A stretch of DNA of 64,000 bases, from assembly GCF_009914755.1 (NCBI RefSeq), contig NC_060930.1. One strand, given 5' to 3'. Below the pieces are notes generated by a model, which saw only the letters and a list, made by a program, of their open reading frames with translations, ran no database searches and was not told the origin of the DNA. Position numbers and translations under genes: made by a program. Positions within the stretch are counted from its first letter, which is position 1, and the number at the start of each line of letters is the position of its first letter. Source of the stretch: the human T2T-CHM13v2.0 reference genome, Homo sapiens. This document shows positions 24,266-44,742 of the stretch, in pieces.

Positions 24266-24793
24266 GTAAAAACTCCACTTTTGTCTTTTAGAAACTATGT
24301 TAAAAATGAGGGTGACTAGAACCATCTGTATTGGAACCACAAGCCTAGGCAAGAAACACAAACTTCTATTGGTATTAGGTAACATGTTTTAAAAGACATT
24401 CTGACTGGTTTGCAGAAGAAAATAATGATTTGGGAAAAACGGCTCCTTCACCCACTTATGGAGTCGCTTCAGGCTTTTGCTATTGGCAGAGAATGTTTCC
24501 TTACAGCATTTTTGAAAACCAGCTAAAGTGAGGAGCAAAGCTGTGAACTGTCTTGTTGGATCATCAGAGACACTTGGCCACACACCTTTGAATCACACTG
24601 CAGAGCTCATCAGAGAGGGAAATGAAAAAGGTTTGAGGAGAAAAGCCTTTGTTGGAGAATTTTTGTCTTATTTTCCCCCCCAGTGAGATGGGGAGAGGAT
24701 ATGGGAGGAGAACGCTAGGAAAGTAAGTCTTGCCGGGTGCGGTGGCTCACACCTGTAATCCCAGCACTTTGGGAGGCCGAGGCAGGCAGATCA

Positions 24794-25006
<213 letters not shown>

Positions 25007-25772
25007 TCAAAAAAAGAAAAGAAAAGAAAAGAAATCTAACTTCTCCTTCCCGCTCTGCAAAGAGCAAAGGAAGCTCTTTGCAGTATATATTTTTCCATTT
25101 CCTAACTTGAGGAGATATATATGCAATTGTTTCCCTTAGTGTCTCCCTATATAGCAGCAAGAATAAGGGTGATTTAAGTGAATAAGTCTGATTTAATACT
25201 GAGCAAAAGTACATCACCTGAAATGGTAAAACAAAAGGCCATCTTTCTTCACCACAGAAATCCAAAGTGGATCTGTCTTATTGTATGTATTTTTAGAGAT
25301 CTTTTTAATAAGCTGGTTGTTCAAAAAAGACTGAGTTAAAATCAGTGAATTCTGCATGTAGTCCCAGCTATAGGGAGGCTGGGGTGGCAGGATCGCTTGA
25401 GCCCAGGAGTTCGAGGTTAGAGTGAGCTATGCTTGCCTGTGAATAGCCCCTACACTCCAGCGTAGACAACATAGCAAGACGCCGTCTCTTAAAAAAAAAA
25501 GTTCTTTTTTCAGTTGGTGAGTTTCTACTAGGAAGCCAACTTTTCAGTATGTATATATTGTTTTGTTTTGATTTTCTTAAAACAATGACTAGATAGCAGA
25601 GAGAAGTTTTTGAACTTGTTATCCTCTCATCATTGAAGTTATTTGCATTCTTGTTTATTGACAGTAGTTATTTGAAAAATGAGTGAGTAGACTAGGGCCA
25701 AAGAAAGATGGCCAGGCATGGTGGCTCACACCTGTAATTTCAGCACTTTGGGAGGCCAAGGAAGACAGATCA

Positions 25773-25979
<207 letters not shown>

Positions 25980-26184
25980 TCAAAAATTAAAAGGGGGACG
26001 GGGGTGGCAAGGAACTTTTTTGTACCTGTTAGCATAAAAGGTGATCTGCATCATAAAGTCGTCTCATTGTCATTATTTGCGGAAGGTACATGCTTTTTTC
26101 TAACAGCAACATATACATTCTTCCAGAAAAATTCATTTGATTTTTCTAACTTATTTTTTGTTTCCATCAATGTTTTCTTTTCAG

Positions 26185-26447
26185 ACTTGGCTTCAACCAA
26201 CTCAGGACATAGCGATTGCTCAGTTTCTATGGGAAACCTTTCTCCTCTGGCCTCCCCAGCCAACCTCTTACAGCAGACTGAGGACCAAATTCCTTCCAAC
26301 CTAGAAGGACCGTTTGTGAACTTACTGCCTCCCCTGCTGCAAGAGGACTATCTCCTGAGCCTCGGGGAGGAGGAAGGCATCAGCGATCTCTTCGATGCTT
26401 ACGATTTGGAAAAGCTCCCACTGGTGGAAGACTTCATGTGTAGTTGA
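26185..26447 (+). CDS. E2F3: E2F3 last exon, coding part: transactivation / pRB-binding domain, stop TGA 26445-26447
   Basis: ttcttttcag|ACTTGGCT; translates [10 protein letters not shown]...[33 protein letters not shown]; exons 2-7 sum to 1005 nt, in frame. Confidence 0.98.
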
Positions 26448-27631
26448 TTATGCTTCGTGTGAACTCTCCTTAAAAACCGATATTTTTTTATCATGGAACC
26501 AGAACATCTGTCATGCAGTGTTGTCCCTTCCTACCTTCTTCCTCCAAGAGAGTATCATGAAGTAAACTACAAACTTCAGAAGAAAGCTGACATTTTAATG
26601 AATTTTTTAAAAAATTAATAAACAAATTGTCTAAACGCACAGTTGCAGGCTCCCTTGGGAAAGCCCTGCTTTGCTCCAGGCTCCAAGATCTCCTGGCTAA
26701 GTCAGCAAGTGAGAAAATGTGCAATCAGGTGTCTCTCACCCCGAATTGTCCTTCCTCCTTCCTCCCCGGATTGGCTTGCTGTGCCTGACGGATGGGCTGT
26801 AGAATGGGGTCTGGCCACCTGGCCTGCTGGGAAACAGCAATCTTCCTTAATAGCATTTCAAGCCGTGCCTTCTCCGCAGAATGCATGTCTTTGAGGTCTG
26901 CTAATATGGAATGGAACTGCAGCAAATGCAAACTTGAAGTCATGCAAAAGTATGAAATGGATTTCTTCAGCTCTTCTTAGGAATATTTAAATTACTGTCA
27001 TAATTCAGTTTAAGCTATGAACTGTGTGTCCCAGTAGGAGGTCAAGAAAACCTCCACAGCCTTCTGGATGAAGAACCTGTTTTCAAATATACTTGTTGCA
27101 GATACAGAAGACTAGTAGAGTTCTGCCACTCTAAGCTGTTGTGGATTTTCCTGTCTCCATGAACCACTCCCATTCCCCCGTCCCCAATGTGTTTGTGAGT
27201 TTCCAGTTGATTTGTAGCAAATGCCTACTTAGTTCTTTGTGGATTGTTCTAGACTTTTAATTTTTTTAGCTGCCATTTAAGCATTCCTGTGGCACCCATC
27301 ACCATTTCAATTTAATTGTTTACTTTGAAGCGGTTTTTGCAAATTCATATTACTTAAGCAGAGGGAGAGAACCTCTACTGATCAGAGCATCTAAACCTGT
27401 GTGATCTAAGGTTTATCAGCCTCTGCAAGGAGCTTTGTCCCATCGTGCTTCCATTCCCAGGAGGGGGAGCTTGGAGCGAGTCAGTCCTGGGGCTTGCTGA
27501 CATGGGTGGCCCATTGGAAAGGAGAACCAGGTCAGATGATGTAACAGCCCCAAGGAGCAGCAGGCATGGGTCCCTCCATCCTTGGGCTTCCCGGGCCCCT
27601 GTGACAGGGGAAAGGGCTCTCTTACACCGCA

Positions 27632-27639
27632 CTCAGGGA
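27632..27639 (+). promoter_or_regulatory. miR-125 8mer seed site
   Basis: CTCAGGGA in the 3' UTR. Confidence 0.68.
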
Positions 27640-28270
27640 GACCACTTCTCAGGATGGGGTCAGATGGAGAGACCTCTAGGGAGAAAGACATCCCCATTGT
27701 GTGAGTGGCATTTCCTTAAGCTGGCAGGAACAGGGAGCAGCCCTGTGTCGGGGGCTGGAATAGTTCTGGCCAGACCCCGTTCCCCTTCCTCTATGAAGGA
27801 ATAAGTTGGACCAAGGGAAGTCGGGGACGTAAAAAATGAAGCAAAACAATGCCAGGGTGTCTCCCGCTTTACTCTTCAGGAATGGTGTCCCAAGTTGGAG
27901 GCTTTGTGTCAGCTGCAAATCCTACCAGTTATGTCCAAGAATGGCTTTCCCTCGGGCAGGTGGCAGCGGCCATCTCCCACTGGGAATATGGCGTAGTATC
28001 TCCGGTCCATTCCTTGGATGCTAAGGACTGCGGGAATGAGGGAGTCAGATAAAGAACAAACCTCGAAACGAACAGTTAAATTGAAATGCTATGTGCCTGA
28101 CCCAATGGTAGGCACATAGTAGGCACTCAACTCATATGTTTAATTGAATTGAAAATATCCCTTAGGAAAAAAAAAAAACACACAAAAAACCACAAGAGCC
28201 CCAGCCAGTTTACTCCAGGTAGATTTCCACAATATGCAAAGTGGTGGTGGGGTCAAGACAGATGACACCA

Positions 28271-28278
28271 GCACTTTA
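28271..28278 (+). promoter_or_regulatory. miR-17/20/93/106 8mer seed site
   Basis: GCACTTTA; the E2F-miR-17~92 feedback loop is established. Confidence 0.72.
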
Positions 28279-28937
28279 AACTCTTTGTGTGGGTATGCGT
28301 GGGTGTATGTTTGGGAAGAAAAACAAAGGTGCAGACTATCTTCCTTTTTTTCTTCTTCAGCCTCCATCGCTGGCCTCCTCCCCTCACACACACTGGACTT
28401 GGTACAAAATGTCGGTGTGGTCCTAGATGAAGCATTGGGGTGGGGGAGGGAGAGGGAGCTTTGTGTTAAGTGCCTACTGGAAATGCACTGTGGGGTTTTT
28501 TCCTGTATGGGAAACCATTTATGCCAAGCTTTTCCCCATTTCCCATATTTATCTCATCTGGTTAGCTGCCTCTGCTTCCAGCTTTGTGTAATTCTCTTTG
28601 CCAGCTGCACAAAGCTGATTTTTTCCAAAGTCTAAAGACTGAGCTCACCTGGCTAGATTGTTGTGTGTTTTGTTGAATTTTTTCATAATGTAATGCCGTA
28701 TTTATTGTTTTTAAAATGAAAGGAATACTAATAAGTCTTAAAAGTTCCTTCATGCATAAGATTTTTTTCCAGTTACTGGGCTTAACTGGTGTACATTAAT
28801 TAGATGTCCATACTGTATTTTGTTTGCATTAAGTAATTTTCTTTTTGACTTAGTATCCGGCACACAAAGTGGGTTAGTACTACAGTATTTGCGTTACTTT
28901 AAGTACTAAGTATGCAGGTTTCCTGGTACCATTGAGT

Positions 28938-28945
28938 TGCTGCTA
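28938..28945 (+). promoter_or_regulatory. miR-15/16/195/497 8mer seed site
   Basis: TGCTGCTA in the 3' UTR. Confidence 0.7.
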
Positions 28946-29176
28946 TTAAAGCTCACACACGAAATGGCTAAAAGTTACAAGTGTGCAAATTATGACTGCG
29001 TGAGCCTTAGAAAATAAAATGTATAAAGGGCAACACATGAGCTGTCAAACAGTGTTAGGAGTGTGTTTATATGTACAGAGTTGTGCATAGCAATCGTTTT
29101 ATTTAAGTTGATATGTAGTCTACTCACATTTTCATTATTTAGCAATTTTGTACAAAAATAGCAATTAATTTGTAAA

Positions 29177-29184
29177 CACTGCCA
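29177..29184 (+). promoter_or_regulatory. miR-34/449 8mer seed site
   Basis: CACTGCCA in AU-rich context; E2F3 is an established miR-34a target. Confidence 0.8.
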
Positions 29185-29289
29185 GAATACTTTCTAGCTG
29201 CTTTGTAATTTTTTAAGAGTGTTATTTTGTTTTTGTTTTTCTGTTCTTTGTTGTGGCTCTTGTTTTCATTTTTGTTGTACGTGTAGATC

Positions 29290-29297
29290 TGTAAATA
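29290..29297 (+). promoter_or_regulatory. Pumilio response element 1 (UGUAAAUA)
   Basis: Exact UGUAHAUA match; Pumilio control of the E2F3 3' UTR is established. Confidence 0.75.
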
Positions 29298-29610
29298 AAA
29301 TTGCAGTATTTAAAGCTTAAGCTTTCAGGAAAAAGAAAATAAGAATTCAGTGTGTGCATGACAACTCGTGTGTATGAGAAGGAGGGATATGAAGGAAGAT
29401 GGCTTGCAGAGTAAGTCGGGTGGCAATTGTCAGGGTGTGGGAATTTCTTTTCCTACGGGGTACGTGATTTTGTAAAAAGGAAGTATTTCTCCCAAAATTG
29501 GGAGTAGGCAAACTACTAATCAGTTTAGCTTTGTGTTGTATGCTAGTTTAAAAAAGAAAATATGTAATATAATGTAAAAAAAAACAAAAAAAAGCTTTTA
29601 TGATGGATTT

Positions 29611-29618
29611 TGTAAATA
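29611..29618 (+). promoter_or_regulatory. Pumilio response element 2 (UGUAAAUA)
   Basis: Exact UGUAHAUA match in the distal 3' UTR. Confidence 0.75.
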
Positions 29619-29681
29619 GATTTGTTACAGGGTGACCTGTTCTCTAGCTGTGATCTTACCACTTCAAATGGGTGTAATTTG

Positions 29682-29755
29682 AATAAATTTTGTATGGTAA
29701 AGGATCAATAAAATGATTTTTTTTAAGAGTTCAGGCTTGTGGATGGGTTTTCTTT
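29682..29755 (+). terminator. E2F3: Distal polyadenylation site of E2F3
   Basis: AATAAA at 29682-29687 and 29707-29712, several upstream TGTA motifs, downstream GCTTGTGGATGGGTTTTCTTT. Confidence 0.85.
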
Positions 29756-29781
29756 AATATTATCTTGTGCTCCTCTATTAA

Positions 29782-33113
<3,332 letters not shown>

Positions 33114-33171
33114 TTAGAAATGGGTTTCACTCTGGGGAAAATTTATAAATCAGTTTCAGTAGGGAGATCCC

Positions 33172-33232
33172 AAGGAAGGGAGGAAGGGAGGGGAGGGAAG
33201 GAGGGAGGGAGGACTGAAGGGAGGGAGAGAAG
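33172..33232 (+). repeat. (GGGA/GGAA)n purine tract
   Basis: AAGGAAGGGAGGAAGGGAGGGAGGGAAGGAGGGAGGGAGG. Confidence 0.85.
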
Positions 33233-35423
33233 AAGAAATCAGATCAGTCGTAGTAATATTGCGAGATAGAATATAAAACAATACAGAAAAGTGAATTGTA
33301 TTCAGTGATTCAGTAACCATTAAGGGAAACAGGGTCAGTCACCCTTTGAATGAATATAAAGTGATTGCTGGATGCCAGGAACTGTTCTAGGCGCTGGAGT
33401 CCACATTTAAAAAGGCCTAGGTCCTGTCAGGAAGAGGAAGTTTGCAGTCTAGTGTTCAGGGAGAAACGAGTTTTAGCTAGGAGAAGCAAACCGGAAGGCC
33501 GGATGTCAAATGAGCTATTTTTCTGACTGAAGCCATTTTTGGAAGAATTGGAAGGACAGATGGTTAGAGGCAGGAATGGAAATGGAAGGCAGATGTAGCC
33601 TTGCCACTGGAAAGCTCTACAAAGCCACAGAGGTCCTGATCTAGGGTGGTTTGGAGCTATTCCCAGCCCAAGCCTGTGCATCTGAATGCAAGAGTGCTTG
33701 GAGATGACTCTCCAAGTAGGCATGACTCAAAATAAACCAATGGATTCCCTTTCTAGGATCAAGGAACTGGGGAGCCCCAATCTAGATCTAATCTATAACC
33801 ATGATATGAAAGAAAATGACAAAATTAAATTGTAGGTCATACACCGGGATATTAAGAAGAATTTCTGCACTGACTACATAGACTTCATCAGCCTGGAGTC
33901 AATCAAACATTAAGGAAGTGACACTCATAGCAGGAAGTTACAGTGTTCCATAGAATACAAACGGCAAGTCTTTCTCATTGTGCCCCTAAATCTGGGACTT
34001 GAAGACTGAGAGATAAACAGAATTTATTAAATGTATTCTGAAATGTTTAGAACACCAGGCATTACTCTTATGCTTTTTGTGTGTGAAGAGCACTATCAAA
34101 AAGTTCTGGAGTTCCTGATGCTGAAGTGCTTGGCAAGTGCTGTGGAAAAGAGAGAAGGGACAAAGTTGCATATAATCAGGGACTTGCCTCAGAAGCAACA
34201 TTGGAAACTCCAGCCTTGCTTCTATCATGCTGTTTCAGGACTTCGGCGTTTCTCATATCACAGAATAGAGTTAGTGCCTTGGTGAAAGACAGGCTGCCCT
34301 ACATCAACTACAGTGGTTGACTTCACATAAATACAGAGACACAGATATTAAAACCCAGGGAATTGAGATAAGCCAACCAACCAAAAACATTAACCAAGAG
34401 CTGGCTTTTCAACTCAGACAAAACCATGTCAACTGGTCCTGATCAGAGAATCACAGTGTCTGAGTTGGAAGGCCACCTCACAGCCAGAAAGGAGCTGGTT
34501 TCATCAAGGGACAATTCTGTGATCCATTTTTCTTTTGTCAACAACAGTCTTCAGATTCTTAGTCCAGTGTTCCTTCTGCTGTGTCTATAAGGTCTCTTAG
34601 TTCTCTACATAGATATGCACATTGGAAACCTGCCTCTTCCCACTCTTATCCCTGGAACCGTAGGTTGGCTGTCATGATTAATTAATTATTTTGAATTAAC
34701 ATGAACTTCTGGGAGATCCCTGTTTATATTCTCTACCAGCCCTGTAATTCCTTCTACTCTTCCAAACCATGCTTCATGGGTGTATGGCGGTCATTACACT
34801 CTTAGCCTATGGCACAACAGCAAATTGGGAGAGATGGAAACAACTAAGAAACATAAGTTTGGAAGACTTCTCAGTGTTTCTTTTGTCTTTAGTAGTGGAT
34901 TAAAATGGATTTGCTTATTCAAATGTAGGAAGAATCAAATTGACAGCAACTTCTAAACTGGGTGCTCTACTTCCTCCTGAAAGACTTCTCTTTCTGTATA
35001 GACCACTTTTCAGCTTCAGAAGCCTTTAAGAAGCATTTTTTTCTACACAATCAAAGTCAGGGGCATTTGCCTCTGCTGAAGCCTAAATTATAGTGTATAT
35101 CTTATGCCTGAATAGCCCTTAGCATTGTAGATGGCTTTACAATTTGCAAAGTATTTTCATATGCCTATCTCTTCGTCTAAAGCCATTTGTAACTGATGGC
35201 AACAGCTGCAGAAGTAACTAATCAATCTGCAAATGATGGAACAGTGTGTGGGCAGTGCTGTAAATGGAGGAAGAAAAGAATTTAGCTCTGAGCCATACCC
35301 TGGAATCCCAAGGAACAAAAAAGAGTATTGCAATTCCATAGGAGAGAGAGCTGAAATAGTGATGTCAGTGAATAAAAATTTAAACATGCCAACAAAGAGA
35401 ACATGTTTAAATGGGTAGGAAGA

Positions 35424-35426
<3 letters not shown>

Positions 35427-35468
<42 letters not shown>
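35427..35468 (+). repeat. (GT)21 microsatellite
   Basis: Perfect dinucleotide run. Confidence 0.97.
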
Positions 35469-35469
<1 letters not shown>

Positions 35470-36152
35470 CAGAAATGGGAGGAAGCAGAAGGAGACCCAA
35501 GATGTTTAAAAAGAGACACAAACTAAATTCTGTCCTTGGCAAGAAACCAAAGAATGAGTGTTCCTTTAGTCGAAAAGGAACTATCATCACCATTGACTGA
35601 GAGGTGGGGTATCGTTTAAGGGAATAGAGTGAGTGCTATAGAACAGAGTAAGCATAAAAGTATAACAAAGGACAGGGGAAGGTACAAAGTGTAGAAGCAA
35701 TTCCCACATCTGGTTCTGGGAAGGAGAAAATCCAGCAAGTAGGGAACAAACATAGTTGTAAGTACAGAAAATATAATTGGATGGGACTTTTGCTTCCATC
35801 AGTATGGCAGATTAGATAGCCAGGGTTCAGAATGAACCATTAAAAACAAAGAAAAAAAAAGAAGAAAAGAAGGGGATAACCAAGAAACCCCCTGTTACAG
35901 AACATCTAGATTCAACCGAAAACATAAGTTAGAGATCTTGCCTCACTTCAACCTCCACCTCCCGGGTTCAAGCGATTCTCCTGCCTCAGCCTCCCAAGTA
36001 ACTGGGACTACAGGCATGCGCCACCACACCTGGCTATTTTTTGTATTTTTAGTAGAGACAGGGTTTCACCATGTTGGCCAGGCTGGTCTTGTACTCCTGT
36101 CCTCAACTGATCCTCCTACCTCGGCCTCCTAAAGTGCTGGGATTATAGGCAT

Positions 36153-36658
36153 GCATACAATGAAATATTATTCACCTTAAAAAAGGAAGGAAATCTAAGC
36201 TGGTCCAAGTGCAGTGATATTTCCAACTAACTGGTCACAACCAGTTACAAATTTCTTTGTTCCTTTTCCCCTCCCAGTGGTTCACTTGACTAGCCTTAAA
36301 AAAGATTTTTTTTAAAATCCTGCCCTATGTGAAAACATAGATGAACCTTGGGGACGTAATTCTAAGTGAAATAAGCCAGTCACAGAAAGACAAGTACTGT
36401 GTAATTCTATTTACATGAGTGTCTAAAACAATGAAACACATAGAACCCAGGGAGAGAGTAGAGTAGTGGTTTCCAGGAGCTAGGGAAGGGAGAAATGGGA
36501 AGTAGCTAGTCAACAGGTCTAAAGTTTCAGTTATACAAGATTACTAAGTTCTGCCATACAACACCGTGCCTATCATTCACAACATGGTGTTGTACACTTC
36601 TAAATTTGTTAAGAGGGTAGACCTCATGTTAAGTGTTCTTACCACAATAAAATTTTTT
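36153..36658 (+). mobile_element. L1MA-like 3' end hosting the Y3 retrocopy
   Basis: CTAAGTGAAATAAGCCAGTCACAGAAAGACAA...GTTAAGAGGGTAGACCTCATGTTAAGTGTTCTTACCACAATAAAA. Confidence 0.8.
36198..36297 (+). pseudogene. Full-length Y3 RNA (RNY3-type) retrocopy
   Basis: AGCTGGTCCAAGTGCAGTG...CACAACCAGTTACA...TTCACTTGACTAGCCTT follows hY3 end to end, with a short A tail; inserted in an L1MA 3' fragment; no Pol III PSE/TATA recognised upstream. Confidence 0.92.
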
Positions 36659-36660
36659 TA

Positions 36661-40660
<4,000 letters not shown>

Positions 40661-41043
40661 ATAGTTTGACACAATGGTATTGTTGCCTTGTTCTTAAATT
40701 AGGCAGTGAATTCACAGGTATTCATTTTATTACTAAGCATCACAATTTACATTTGTTACATATACAGTTTTTGTATGTGAAATTATTACAAAATTAAAAA
40801 TAATTTTTTAAAGGTTGGATCCCAAAATTTCAGAAGGATAAAGGTAGGTGATTGACAAGTTCTTTAACAACCAACTAGCCTTTAGAGGGCCAAATGTGAT
40901 GTTTGACTACACAATGTAGAGCTAATCTAATTATGGTGGAGATCTAAATTAGTTATAGAAGAATAACACACTATGGATTGAGTTAATCTCTTTGTATTGC
41001 TGTGCACTGCAATAAAGTGTTCTGATAAAAGGAGATAAAAATA

Positions 41044-41654
<611 letters not shown>

Positions 41655-43155
41655 TTAAGAGAAAGGCAAAACTTTAAAGTTCTTTTTAAAACCAAGAATT
41701 AAATTAAAACCTAGAAGAGAAGCAAGGAGACAGAAAAAGAGTTTTATTTCACCAGGACTATTGAGCACTTTGCTTAGTCCTTATGTGCAGGTGGCATCAA
41801 GAATTGCCCTTGATAAAAACTGCTTTTCCTCCAGGCCCTTTGTCCAGCTGTTTTCAGTTACCTTCTCTTCAAAAGCCCCAGGCATGGCTGGCTTATAGAT
41901 AGGTTCCAACAGGGGAGGCTAGTAAGAGCAGGAGGAGCTGAGAAGCAAGAGATGCTACTGAGACTGTGCTATGTGCCCTGCCCCTTTCTTGATAACTTTA
42001 TGAAAATAGTAGGGAAAAAAACTGGTGTTAGAAAGGCCTTCCTGAGCCATTCTTCTTCTTGCCTCTGTCTCACCTTCAAATTTCACTATGTATTTCATAT
42101 CTTCTTTGCTTTCCCTCACTTTGTTACTCTCTCAGGTTCATTTGGACACACCTGCCCAGCACCAATACCTTTACCTCCCCTGCTCCCCTGCAAGCCTAAA
42201 TGCCCTCTTGCCCCCCCAGTGTTAGTATTTGACATCTTAGACTTTATTATTTCAGCTCTGGCTTTCACAGCATGCAGCTCATGGAAGAGCAGAGGCAATA
42301 AAGTAATACTCTCATCAAGTATTTTCTCAAAATAGCCTCTCGGCTCAGCTTAGGGTCTTCTTGAGACCTCTGCTAGTTTTCCCCATTTTTTGTCCTTTGG
42401 GGGAAGATGTCACGTAATCCATATACTATTTTCATCTTTTAATTATTTCACTCCTTCAGGAATAATTACAAAAGTATTCATTTCATGCTGAAATTACCAA
42501 TTTTTTCCCTCTCATATTTCTTCAGGTGACTATTTGTTATATCTGAAATACACAGTGCTAACCTTTTAATGAAATTCTGTATCATGTTTAGAAACTTCTG
42601 TTTAGGACTACTATTTTTTTTTCTTTTTTTGAGACAGTCTCACTCTGCTGCCCAAGCTGGAGTGCAGAGGTACGATCTAGGCTCACTGCAGCCTCCGCCT
42701 CCCAGGTTCAAGCAATTCTCCTGCCTCAGCATCCCGAGTAGCTGAGACTACAGGGCTGAGCCACCACAACTGGCTAATTTTTGTATTTTTAGTAGAGATG
42801 GGGTTTTGCCATGTTGGTCAGCCTGGTCTCAAACTCCTGACCTCAAGTGATCCACCTGCCTCAGCCTCCCAAAGTACTGGGATTACGGGCATGAGCCACC
42901 ACACCTGGCCAGGACTACTTTTTTTTTTTAAATCAGGGCAAGGGAGTAACATGATAACAGAAGTAAAAATGGAGATGATGCTCTGGCCTCCTCCTTTTTG
43001 GCATGTACTTTGTAAAGCTGCTGCACTCAAGGACTGCTTCAGGGACACCAAATGGACAACATGGAAAACCTCAACTCATAGTGAATATCCTATTGCTGCA
43101 TTTACCAAAAATATAGTGGTTGCAATGTAATCTCCTACACTTAATTATATAGAGC

Positions 43156-43197
<42 letters not shown>

Positions 43198-44349
43198 GTT
43201 AAGACAGAGTTTTGCTCTTGTCACCCAGGCTGGAGTACAGTGGTATGATCTTGGCTCACTGCAAACTCCACTCCCGGGCTCAACTGATTCTCCTGCCTCA
43301 GCCTCCCAAGTAGCTAGGATTACAGGCATGTGCCACCACGCCTAGCTAATTTTTGTATTTTTAGTAGAGATGGGGTTTCGCCATGTTGGCCATGCTGGTC
43401 TCGAACTCCTGACCTCAGGTGATCCACCCACCTCGGCCTCCCAAAGTGCTAGGATTACAGGCCTGAGCCACCGCGCCCAGCTATGCCAGCCATGTTTATT
43501 GAACAGATTCAGATGTCATCTCAAAGACCCTCTTCTCTTGGCTCTGTTTTTGCTCTCAGCTCTTCTCTTATTTTTGCCTCGATTTTCAGCTCTACCACCC
43601 CAGAACAAAGGCCCACTTTTAGAAGTCAACATTTTTGAAGATCTGAGGAAAAGAGCATATGTTTTAAGATGGTAAAAGAAGAGCAATTTAAGCTGGTAAA
43701 AAAAAATGTCTGGAGGTGTTTAACAGCTCAATGTTTTGCAGCATTGAGCACTTGACTTTCATTATGCTTCGAATGGTAAGAGATTGATGATACATGCTGG
43801 GCTTCTTTTAAACCCGTAAACAGGACTACTGAAATGGAAGGGCTGTGGGAATCGTGTCATATGAGGACTTTTGAAAGACTACAAACTGCTCATTTTAGAA
43901 TCATTAAAAATGAAAGACATTGGTCTTGGCTCAAGGAAAAGGAGATCAAGAATTTTGACAAGCGCTTTCTTTATTAACTCACACTCTTCCCATAAAGTCC
44001 TGTTAAATAAACTTAAAAACAAATTAGTGAGGCAATTAAGAAATGAAAAATGAGAATTGTTTTGAAGGTAATATGTACACAGGAATGAGGTTAGTGTATA
44101 AAATGCATCTGTAAGGTACTGCACATTTGCTAGAAAAGAAACACTAATTAAAGTCCAACCTCTCTAGAACCAAAAGAGAGAAATATGATATATTACATGA
44201 TTCAGAGTTTATGGGATAAAACAAACCAAGGCTCAGAAGAAGGCCTAACTATTCTTGGTTCTGAGATTCTGAGATCACAATTTATCTGAGGTTCTTCACA
44301 GAGCAACACTGTTTAAATGTAGTAGGCAACAAAAGTAGTTCAATTCCAC

Positions 44350-44634
44350 AAATGTTTGAGTATCTGGATGTTTCAATGAGGGTGTTTTTCGTTGAGATTA
44401 ACATTTACATCAGCGGATTTTGAGTAAAGCAGACTTCCCTCCCTGATGTGAGTGGGTCTCACATGATCAGATGAAGGCAAGTAGAACAAAAGACTGACCT
44501 TGGAACAGGAGCGGATTCTGCCAGCAGACAGCCTTTGGACTTGAACTGCAATATCCACTCTCCCCTGGGTCTCCAGTCTGCCAGCCCAACCTAAATATTT
44601 GCATTTACCAGCCTCTATAATCTCAATCTCTCAA

Positions 44635-44672
<38 letters not shown>

Positions 44673-44742
44673 CACACACACACACACAAACACACACACG
44701 TATACTATGAGCTTTGTTGTCTGGAGAACCCTGACTAATACA
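44350..44742 (+). mobile_element. MLT2 (ERVL) solo LTR with an internal (TC)n(CA)n tract at ~44636-44699
   Basis: GAGGGTGTTTT..GAGATTAACATTT..GAGTAAAGCAGA..CCCTCCC and terminal CTGGAGAACCCTGACTAATACA. Confidence 0.82.

Larger units (their letters stand above)
28883..29310 (+). promoter_or_regulatory. miR-200 family seed sites: CAGTATT (200b/c/429) at 28883 and 29304; CAGTGTTA (141/200a) at 29050
   Basis: Direct seed matches; another CAGTGTT at 26516 and a miR-210 match ACGCACA at 26635. Confidence 0.62.
26448..29730 (+). other. E2F3: E2F3 3' UTR (~3.3 kb)
   Basis: Alu-free stretch after the stop, AU-rich distal part, ending at tandem AATAAA signals followed by GU/U-rich sequence; exact cleavage site inferred. 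Confidence 0.88.

Noticed and set aside
26004-26184. ORF-track extension of the last exon (147-aa ORF starting at GTG)
   Set aside because: The first 60 codons are intronic T-rich sequence ahead of a canonical acceptor at 26184; only 26185 onward is E2F3.
33986-34320. Overlapping 64-84 aa ORFs in non-repeat intergenic DNA
   Set aside because: No recognisable domain, exon structure or retrocopy hallmarks (A tail, TSD); lengths expected by chance.
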